Virus record (IMG/VR): IMGVR_UViG_3300036829_000104
Coordinates: 1-64,000 of that record
DNA: 64,000 bases
Strand: one strand, 5' to 3'
DNA from: a virus
Part shown: one piece after another, positions 49,982 to 57,389 of the stretch
How the letters are laid out: each line of letters starts with the position of its first letter
Numbering within the stretch: the first letter of the stretch is position 1
Notes under the pieces: generated by a model
The model's input: the letters and a program-made list of their open reading frames with translations, nothing else
The model's database searches: none
Told to the model about the DNA's origin: nothing
Made by a program: the position numbers and the translations under genes

Positions 49982-50338
49982 ATGACCAGCCCCGGCACCG
50001 TAACCGTGTGGGCGACCGCGCAGCTGCCCGGCTTCCACCGCTGGCCGGACGCACCGCCGTCCCGCGGCTACCTGTGCGACAGGCACCGGCACGTGTTCCA
50101 CGTCAAGGCAACCGCCGCGGTGAGCCACGACGACCGGGACATCGAGTTCCACGACCTGTCCGACATGATCCGGACGTGGTGGGGACCTGGTGCCCGGGAG
50201 TGCGGGAGCGCGTCGTGCGAGTCGCTGGCGAGGGAGCTTGCCGGGTACCTGGGGGATCAGGGGGTCGTCGTGGCGTCGGTGGAGGTGTCGGAGGACGGCG
50301 AGTCGGGGGCGGTGCTCACGCTCCCGCCGGACGTCTGA
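49982..50338 (+). CDS. dpdL: DpdL-like QueD paralog (predicted CDG decarboxylase)
   Basis: GFHRW, LCDRHRHVF (LxxxHRHxF), DRDIEF, SCE, VSEDGESGA; T-fold size. Confidence 0.7.
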   Translation: MTSPGTVTVWATAQLPGFHRWPDAPPSRGYLCDRHRHVFHVKATAAVSHDDRDIEFHDLSDMIRTWWGPGARECGSASCESLARELAGYLGDQGVVVASVEVSEDGESGAVLTLPPDV

Positions 50339-50432
50339 AATGTTGTCCCGCTTCCTTTTCCGGGCTTGTCTTCTGCCGGTCTCATCGGTGAGTATTGTCT
50401 TTGTAAGCGGACAACACTTCAGGAGGCACCCG

Positions 50433-50588
50433 ATGACCAGCACCACGACCACCCCGGCCCAGATCACCGCCCACGTCCCCGCCGCCCGGTACGGTCAGGT
50501 CGTCACGATCGACGGCACGGACTACAAGGTCATCGAGATCAACCTGGCCCGCCCGAACCACCCGGTCCTCGCCCCGATCAGCAAGTAA
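50433..50588 (+). CDS. 51-aa protein, paralog B
   Basis: GQVVTIDGTDYKVIEINLARPNHPVL; AGGAGG RBS; terminator at ~50606-50637. Confidence 0.8.
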   Translation: MTSTTTTPAQITAHVPAARYGQVVTIDGTDYKVIEINLARPNHPVLAPISK

Positions 50589-50691
50589 CACCAGCCAGGC
50601 CCCGGCCCCGGCACCCCGCAGCGGAGTGCCGGGGTTTCCGCTTGCCCGCACCCGAGCCTTCACGGCCTCCAACCCTGCAGAGGTAGTCCCC

Positions 50692-51114
50692 TTGCACGAA
50701 GTCACCGTGCGCCACAACTTCGAGACCGCTCACCGGCTGCCGCACCTTCCCGGCAAATGCCAGTCCCTCCACGGCCACTCGTGGTGGGCGCACGTCACCG
50801 TCTCCGCCCCCGAGGTCGCCGCCGGGGTGCTGGTCGAGTTCGGCCCGTTCAAGGCCGCGCTCCGCGCGTGGATCGACACCCACCTAGACCACGGGTCGAT
50901 GCTGGGCCCCGACGACCCGCTCGTCCCGCTGCTGCGCGCCGAGGGCTGCAAAGTCCACGAGGTGCCCGGCTGGCCGACCGTGGAGAACGTCGCCGCCATG
51001 CTCGCGGAGGTCGCCGCGGCCGAGCTGGAGAACCTGGTCCGCGCACCGCACGCCACGGTGACCGGCGTGCGGGTCACCGAAACCCACGTGAACGAGGCCG
51101 CATGGCTGGCCTGA
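50692..51114 (+). CDS. queD: 6-carboxytetrahydropterin synthase
   Basis: AHRL, CQSLHGH, LDH, PTVEN, ET. Confidence 0.93.
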   Translation: MHEVTVRHNFETAHRLPHLPGKCQSLHGHSWWAHVTVSAPEVAAGVLVEFGPFKAALRAWIDTHLDHGSMLGPDDPLVPLLRAEGCKVHEVPGWPTVENVAAMLAEVAAAELENLVRAPHATVTGVRVTETHVNEAAWLA

Positions 51115-51824
51115 CCGTGACCGCGGACACCCTCGTCGTCGCGGAGGCGTTCGGCCCCACGGTGCAGGGCGAGGGCCCATCGGCCGGCCGGCAGGCGTCG
51201 TTCATTCGCCTCGGCGGCTGCGACCTGCACTGCACATGGTGCGACTCGGGGTTCACCTGGGACGCTCAGCGGTTCGACCTGCGCGCCGAACTGGTCCGCC
51301 GTGACGTCGACAGCATGCTCGCCGAGGTGCTGGGGTACGGGACGCCGCTCGTGGTGATCACCGGCGGGGAGCCGCTGCTGCACCAGAACCAGCCCGGATG
51401 GGACCGGCTCCTGACCGGTCTTGCGGCCGCGGACCGCGACATCGAGGTCGAGACGAACGGCACCCGCGCGCCGGGCGAGACCACGGCCCGCCTCGTCACC
51501 AGGTTCAACGTGTCGCCGAAGCTGAGCGGCGCCGGAGACCCGGAGTCCGCGCGCATCCGCCCGGACGCGCTGGCCGCGCTCGCCGCGACCGGCCGGGCGG
51601 TGTTCAAGTTCGTATGCGCCAGCCGCGCCGACCTCGACGAGGCAGCCCGCGTGGCGGCGCTCGCGGGCATCCCGCCCCGGCTGGTGTGGATCATGCCGGA
51701 AGGCACCGACCCGGCAACGCTCACCGCCCGGCTGCGGGAGCTCGCGGATCCCGCCGTCGCCGCGGGCTTCAACCTGACCACGCGGCTCCACGTGCTCGCG
51801 TGGGGAGATGAACGAGGACGATGA
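51102..51824 (+). CDS. queE: 7-carboxy-7-deazaguanine synthase (radical SAM)
   Basis: TVQGEG, FIRLGGCDLHCTWCD, ITGGEPLL, ETNG, VSPKL. Confidence 0.95.
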   Translation: MAGLTVTADTLVVAEAFGPTVQGEGPSAGRQASFIRLGGCDLHCTWCDSGFTWDAQRFDLRAELVRRDVDSMLAEVLGYGTPLVVITGGEPLLHQNQPGWDRLLTGLAAADRDIEVETNGTRAPGETTARLVTRFNVSPKLSGAGDPESARIRPDALAALAATGRAVFKFVCASRADLDEAARVAALAGIPPRLVWIMPEGTDPATLTARLRELADPAVAAGFNLTTRLHVLAWGDERGR

Positions 51825-52396
51825 CCCACCAGCACGAAACCCACCCGGCCACGGCCCACGCCCGCGCGATGCTGACCGCCCTCGGCGTGGACTGCACGGG
51901 GGAGGACACCGCCGACACGCCGGCCCGCCTGGTCGGCGCACTCGCCGAGCTGACCGCGGGCCTCGAGCTCGACCCGGGCAGGCACCTCGCGGTGACCTTC
52001 CCGCCGCCGTCAGCTGACCCACCGATGGTGGTCGTGCCCGGCATCCCGATCTCCTCGGTGTGTGAGCATCACGTGCTGCCGTTCACCGGCACGGCCACGA
52101 TCGCGTACCTGCCAGCCGGGCGGATCGTCGGCCTGTCGAAGCTCGCCCGGGTGGCACAGGAGTTCGCGGCCCGCCCGCAGGTGCAGGAGCGCCTCGGGGA
52201 CCAGATCGTCACCGCGATCGACAAGCACCTCGACACGCGCGGCGCCGCGTGCATGATCACCGCCGTCCACTCGTGCATGACGCTGCGCGGCGCGAAGGCG
52301 GCCGGCGCGAAGATGGTCACCTCGCACCTGACCGGGCTGTTCCGGGAAGACGCCGCAGCGCGGGCCGAGTTCATCCAACTCGCCCGCACCGCCTGA
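51821..52396 (+). CDS. folE: GTP cyclohydrolase I
   Basis: TPARL, CEHH, GLSKLAR, QVQERL, HSCM..RG. Confidence 0.96.
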   Translation: MTHQHETHPATAHARAMLTALGVDCTGEDTADTPARLVGALAELTAGLELDPGRHLAVTFPPPSADPPMVVVPGIPISSVCEHHVLPFTGTATIAYLPAGRIVGLSKLARVAQEFAARPQVQERLGDQIVTAIDKHLDTRGAACMITAVHSCMTLRGAKAAGAKMVTSHLTGLFREDAAARAEFIQLARTA

Positions 52397-52712
52397 CAGG
52401 CTACCGGCCAGGATCGTCCAGCACCTTGTCGCCGATACCCGGCTGGTAGAGGTGCAGGCGTTCGGGGCTGATCCACACCGTGAACACGGAGCGCGCGACC
52501 TCGGCGTCACGGCTGCTACGGCCGGCCACCGCCTCCGCCTCAGCCGCCGACTCGTACCCGCTCCAGCGCGAGCCGTCGTTCCACTCGATCGCAAAGGTCT
52601 CGTAACTCCGTTCGATCACCATCGTGTGCTCCTCCTCGGGATTGCAGTTGGGACGGCCGGGTGCAGCGCGGGCCGGGTTTACGGACCTAGCCCGCGCCGC
52701 GTAGGTGCTGGG

Positions 52713-52955
52713 TCATATGACGGCCAGCATGCTGGTGTGGACTTTGACCGTTCCGGTGCCGCCGTCGCGGGACAGCGTCGCGATCGAGTCGCGGATGCTG
52801 GCGACGGTCCACTCGGTGCCGGCGAGGTGCCATTCCCGGCCCATGTAGCGAACCCGGCGGCCGGCCCACGGGTGCTGGTTCTCGGGGACGATCCACATGG
52901 CGGGGTCGCTGTAGTCGATGTCAGCGGCCGGGTTCTGGGTGCCGGTGGTGGTCAT
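52713..52955 (-). CDS. Small beta-rich hypothetical protein
   Basis: GAGGAGG RBS and island motif upstream. Confidence 0.65.
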   Translation of the reverse strand: MTTTGTQNPAADIDYSDPAMWIVPENQHPWAGRRVRYMGREWHLAGTEWTVASIRDSIATLSRDGGTGTVKVHTSMLAVI

Positions 52956-53067
52956 CGGGTCCTCCTCAAGTGTTGTCTCCTTACAAGGACAATAATCATC
53001 GATGGGCCGGGCAGAAGACAAGCGAAGCGCGGACCGGATTCAACCCGGCCCGCGCCCCGCACCCAGG

Positions 53068-53964
53068 TCACGCCGCCTCGCTGGCCGCCCGCTTCGCGTC
53101 AGCCCGGTCCAGCGCCTTCGCAACCTTCCCGGCGAACCGGTCGCTGATCGCCGCAGCGGTCTTCGCGACCTGCTCGCGGGTCATCTCGCCGGCCACGTAC
53201 CCCGCGGTCAGCTTCTTCGCGTACCGCGAGTCGTGACCCCGCACGAACGTCCGGGACGCCGCCTCACCGCAGCACGGGCAGGTGCCGGTACCGGGCCTGC
53301 TCTCCTCGTCCGCCTGCGCGAGGGACTTCACGAGCTTGCCGTGGAACCGCTCGCTCACCTTGCCAGCAGCTTCGATGACCTGCTCGCGGGTCATCTCGCC
53401 TGCCTTGTACGCGGCACGCAGCTTCGATGCGAACCGCGAGTCGTGACCGCGGGCGAACACCCGCGCGGTCAGCTCACCGCACCCGCAGGCGCACTGCTTG
53501 TCGGCCGGCTTCGGCTTGTAGGTGCCCTTCGCCTTCGGCGCCTTGACCTCAGCGGGCTCGTCCGCAGTCTCGGCCTCCGGCTCGCCGGCCTCGTCCTCGG
53601 GCTCGATGACCTCGGAGGCGTCTGCAGCTTCCTGCTGCGCGAGCCAGACGTCGGCGTCGATCATCGTGCCGTTGTCCAGCCCGCGCTGAATCGCGGCAGC
53701 CAGTTCCTCATCGGTCGGGTTGGCAGGGTCGGCCACAAACGGGGACACAGCCTCGCCGGTCTGCGGCGCCTCCTCCTGCACGGTCTCACCCTCGGCGGCG
53801 ACCTGCGCGAGCCGCGCCTCGTGCCGCTTCGCCCGGCCGATCACGGTGGTGCGGGGAACGCCGAGCACCTTCGCTGCCTCGGTGGCGCTGCCGTCGGCTG
53901 CCTGCAAGGCGGCGTACGCCTGCACCTCGAGCTCAACCTTGCTGGTGGCGGTGGTGGTGGTCAT
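53068..53964 (-). CDS. HTH, acidic linker and two Cys-rich 'F.RGHDSR' repeats
   Basis: SATEAAKVLGVPRTTV; CACGCGE..RVFARGHDSR and CPCCGE..RTFVRGHDSR. Confidence 0.75.
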   Translation of the reverse strand: MTTTTATSKVELEVQAYAALQAADGSATEAAKVLGVPRTTVIGRAKRHEARLAQVAAEGETVQEEAPQTGEAVSPFVADPANPTDEELAAAIQRGLDNGTMIDADVWLAQQEAADASEVIEPEDEAGEPEAETADEPAEVKAPKAKGTYKPKPADKQCACGCGELTARVFARGHDSRFASKLRAAYKAGEMTREQVIEAAGKVSERFHGKLVKSLAQADEESRPGTGTCPCCGEAASRTFVRGHDSRYAKKLTAGYVAGEMTREQVAKTAAAISDRFAGKVAKALDRADAKRAASEAA

Positions 53965-54113
53965 GGCTGGAGCCTCCCAAAGTGTTGTCCGTTTACATGG
54001 ATAAGACTACCGGCGGACCTTCGGATAGGACAAGCCAGAAGACACGATTCGAACTCCCACTCGCTCACCACCGACCACCCATCCGCCAGCCGCGCGAACG
54101 CTGAGGGAGGGCC

Positions 54114-54446
54114 ATGACCACCCCCGGCAGCACAACCGCCCGGGGATACGGCAACAGCCATCAGCGCGAGAGAGCACGCTGGGAACCGGTCGTCGCCGCA
54201 GGCGAAGCATTCTGCAGCGAAACCATTTGCGTCATGCCCGCCCGCTGGATCAAGCCCGGCACTCAGTGGCACCTGGCTCACACGCCAGATCGCACGGGCT
54301 GGCTAGGACCAGCGCACGCCCGCTGCAACCTCGCCGAGCGCAACCGCCGCGTGAACGGAAGCCGCAGGAAATCCGGAAGCCGAAGCCGCGCCATCCGCAA
54401 ACCCGGCCCCAAGACACTGCCGTGGCGCACCTCACGCCAGTGGTAG
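54114..54446 (+). CDS. Packaging-associated HNH-like endonuclease
   Basis: STTARGYG..HQRER, WHLAH, PAHARCN; upstream of terS. Confidence 0.75.
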   Translation: MTTPGSTTARGYGNSHQRERARWEPVVAAGEAFCSETICVMPARWIKPGTQWHLAHTPDRTGWLGPAHARCNLAERNRRVNGSRRKSGSRSRAIRKPGPKTLPWRTSRQW

Positions 54447-54689
54447 CCAGCCACCGCCTCACCCGGCCAGCGATGCCAGTCACCCCCGCACGTGCACCGC
54501 AGTACATCTGTCACCGCTACGTACCGTCGTCGAGCCCGGCGGCAGGAGCGTGCCGCACCTCAGGGCCTGACGCTGCGAAAGCGCAAGCAGGAAAGCAGAA
54601 GCGGAGCGCAAGCACGAAAGCGCCCAGCGGCATCCCGGTCAGACCGGAAGTAATCACCGACCGTGACGGTTGCCGTCGCGGACAGTAGC

Positions 54690-54790
54690 GCACCGCCGCG
54701 ACCGTGGGGGGGCGGGGTCGAAACGGGCAAAACGGGCGCCGCTGACCCCCCCGAGTCAAACTTTTTATCTCCCCCGGCGTGAGGGGGGCT
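54690..54790. other. Putative cos/packaging site region
   Basis: Non-coding gap between HNH and terS with a G-run (GGGGGGGCGGGGTCG) and ACTTTTTATCTCCCCC. Confidence 0.4.
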
Positions 54791-54816
54791 TGTGACTGGC
54801 GAGGAGGTGACTGCGA

Positions 54817-55491
54817 GTGTCCCGGTCGCGTCCCAGTACTGAGGAAGTCACCGCACGCCGCAGCCGGGTCCTCCAGCTGCGCGCGGCGGGCCTGTCTTAC
54901 CAGGAGATCGCGCGGCAGACCGGTCACAAAACCGCCGCCGCGGCGGCGCAGGACGCTACGCGGGCGTTGCGTGACCGGCAGGCGGTAGGGGAGCCGGCGG
55001 GCCTGTTCGGCACGCTTGAGCTCGAGCGGATCGACTCGCTTGAGCGGGCGATGCAGACGGTGCTGCGGACGGCGGCGGGCAAAGGTGACCATGAGACGGT
55101 CCTGAAGTCGGTTGACCGGCTGACGCGCCTGTCGGAGCGCCGCTCGCGGCTCCTCGGCGACGGCGGCGGGAACGCGGGCGGCGGCCATTCGGACGAGACG
55201 CCCGGCCGGTATACCGCGTCGAAGCCCGGCCCCGTGGAGCAGCGGGTGCGTGCCGATATCGGCGCGCTGATGACGAGTCATCCGATGGGCGAGGCGCTGA
55301 CCGAGATGTGTCACACGCTGGCGCGGAACCTGGACAACGGCGCCGGGCTCGCGACGGCGGCGGTGAACCGCGAGCTGCGGGCGAACCTGGCGGAGCTGAG
55401 CAGGCTGGCGGTTGATGACGGCGATGAGCTTGCGGACGAGCTATCCGTCCCTGAGCTGCCCTCCCCGGTTCGGGACTCCGCGGAGTCCTGA
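54817..55491 (+). CDS. terS: Terminase small subunit
   Basis: HTH (GLSYQEIARQTG); overlaps terL. Confidence 0.7.
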   Translation: MSRSRPSTEEVTARRSRVLQLRAAGLSYQEIARQTGHKTAAAAAQDATRALRDRQAVGEPAGLFGTLELERIDSLERAMQTVLRTAAGKGDHETVLKSVDRLTRLSERRSRLLGDGGGNAGGGHSDETPGRYTASKPGPVEQRVRADIGALMTSHPMGEALTEMCHTLARNLDNGAGLATAAVNRELRANLAELSRLAVDDGDELADELSVPELPSPVRDSAES

Positions 55492-56923
55492 CCGCCCGAC
55501 GCTGGGCGGGCAGGTCGCGAACGTCGCGGCGAAGCTGGGCAAGCCGTTCATGCCGTGGCAGCGGTATGTCGCCGACGTGGTGATGGAGATCGACCCGGCG
55601 ACCGGGCAGCTCGCGTACTCGGAGATGGGACTGACGGTCCCGCGGCAGTCGGGGAAGTCGACGTGGGTGCTGGCCAAGGCCGTGCACCGGGCGTCGGCCA
55701 CGAAGTTTTTCGGGGCGCGGCAGCACCTGGTGTATACGGCGCAGACCCGGCTGAAGGCGCGGGAGAAGTGGGAAGAGGACTTCCTCACCGAGCTTGAGGC
55801 GTCGAGCGCGTTCAGGCACCGGTTCAAGCCGCACCTGGCGAACGGCACCGAGCATCTGCGGTTCGTGAACGGTTCCCGGTTCGGCCTCGAGGCGGGGACG
55901 GAGAAGGCCGGGCACGGCGGGACGCTGGACGAGGCCTACATCGACGAGGCGTTCGCGCAGTCTGACTGGCGGCTGGAGCAGGCGTTCGGCCCGGCGATGA
56001 TCACGCGGGCGAACAAGCTGCTGGCGTGGATCTCGACGGCGGGATGGCTCGGCGGCTCGCAGTACCTGGCGGACAAGGTTGAGATCGGCCGGGCAGCGGT
56101 CGAGGAGGGCCGGACACGCGGCCTGGCGTACTTCGAGTGGTCGGCGGCGGATAGCGCGGACCCGGGGGACCCGGCAACCTGGTATGCGTGCATGCCGGCG
56201 CTCGGCTACACGATCAGCGAGGACGCGATCCGCGCCGAGTACGAGAAGGCGCGCGACGCCGGGAAGCTCAACGAGTTCGAGCGCGCCTACCTGAACCGGT
56301 GGGTGCCGAAGCAGGTGCAGGCGTCCCGTTCGGCGCTGGACCTGGCCGGGTGGGAGCGGAACGCGGACCCGGCGTCGGAGATCACCTCCCGGGTCGCGAT
56401 CGGGTTCTCGATCGCACCGGACTTGTCGTCGGCGGCGATCGGGGTTGCGGGGCGGCGGGCAGACGGCCTCGGCCACCTCGAGCTGACGGATCACCGCGAG
56501 GGCACGGCGTGGGTGACGGACCGGCTGCTGGAGATGGCGAAGCGGTGGGGCCCGTGCGCGATCGTGCTGAACCCGTCGTCGGCCGCCGCAGCGATCGAGA
56601 AGGACCTGATCGAGCGCGGCGTGAAGCCGAAGCCCGGCCCGGGCGAGTACCTGCTGCACGTGGTGGGCGGCCGGGAGTGGGCGCAGGCGTGCGTTGCGCT
56701 CGCGCGGGACGTGACCGGCGACCGGCTGCGGGTCCTGCCGGCGCCGCCGCTGGACGACGCGGCACGGGACGCGGTGCGGCGGAAGCTCGGGGATTCGTGG
56801 GCGTTCGCGGAGAGGCCTGACGGCGCGGACATCCGCCCGCTCGAGGCCGTGACGCTCGCGAGGCACGGGTTCATGACCCACGGCCTCGCGGAGCCGGCGG
56901 ACCCGTTCGTGATCTTCGGATAG
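55412..56923 (+). CDS. terL: Terminase large subunit
   Basis: MPWQ, VPRQSGKST, YIDEAF, ISTAG, RAYLNRW. Confidence 0.93.
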   Translation: MMTAMSLRTSYPSLSCPPRFGTPRSPDRPTLGGQVANVAAKLGKPFMPWQRYVADVVMEIDPATGQLAYSEMGLTVPRQSGKSTWVLAKAVHRASATKFFGARQHLVYTAQTRLKAREKWEEDFLTELEASSAFRHRFKPHLANGTEHLRFVNGSRFGLEAGTEKAGHGGTLDEAYIDEAFAQSDWRLEQAFGPAMITRANKLLAWISTAGWLGGSQYLADKVEIGRAAVEEGRTRGLAYFEWSAADSADPGDPATWYACMPALGYTISEDAIRAEYEKARDAGKLNEFERAYLNRWVPKQVQASRSALDLAGWERNADPASEITSRVAIGFSIAPDLSSAAIGVAGRRADGLGHLELTDHREGTAWVTDRLLEMAKRWGPCAIVLNPSSAAAAIEKDLIERGVKPKPGPGEYLLHVVGGREWAQACVALARDVTGDRLRVLPAPPLDDAARDAVRRKLGDSWAFAERPDGADIRPLEAVTLARHGFMTHGLAEPADPFVIFG

Positions 56924-57389
56924 GAGGAGCGTGACTGGCATGCCGGCGGTCATCACGGCTGAGGCGTTCGCGAGGGCGCTGGCCGGGGCAGGCGTCATCC
57001 ACGATATCCATCGCGTGCGCCGCGTCGTGGTCGACGCCGAGGCCGGATCCGCGGTCCGCGTCTATGTCGAGCGGTACGGCGACGAGCGGCTGCTGAACGT
57101 CGTCCCGACGCTCAACGGCATTGAGATCATCGGCGTCCCGGCGGGCCCGGCCAACGACGAACGCAGGGAGCGGTGATGACGGTTCTCGATCACGTCCCGG
57201 TAGAGCGAATCAGCGAGCGGGCCTCGTCGGTGCGGTTCTCCCGGGTCCTCGTCGCGGTGGTCGCCGGCGTCCTGTTCGGGCTCGGCTGGGTCGCGTACAA
57301 GACCCTCGCAGTCGTGTGGTTCGCCGCGGTCTGGTGCGCGATGGCTGTTGCAGAGGGATGGGCTGATGCACGCAGGGGACAGGTGACAC

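Larger units (their letters stand above)
45461..54035. promoter_or_regulatory. Six copies of a shared promoter/operator motif (~45461, 47858, 48187, 50394, 52968, 53979)
   Basis: Sense consensus TTGTC(T/C)TTGTAAGCGGACAACACTT followed by an RBS; -35 TTG(T/A)CN and -10 box in five copies. Confidence 0.8.

Noticed and set aside
48272-52396. Queuosine tRNA-modification auxiliary metabolic genes
   Set aside because: No queC, queF or queA; the TGT-fold gene lacks the tRNA-TGT Zn-binding motif and sits with ParB and a DNA MTase, which points to DNA modification.
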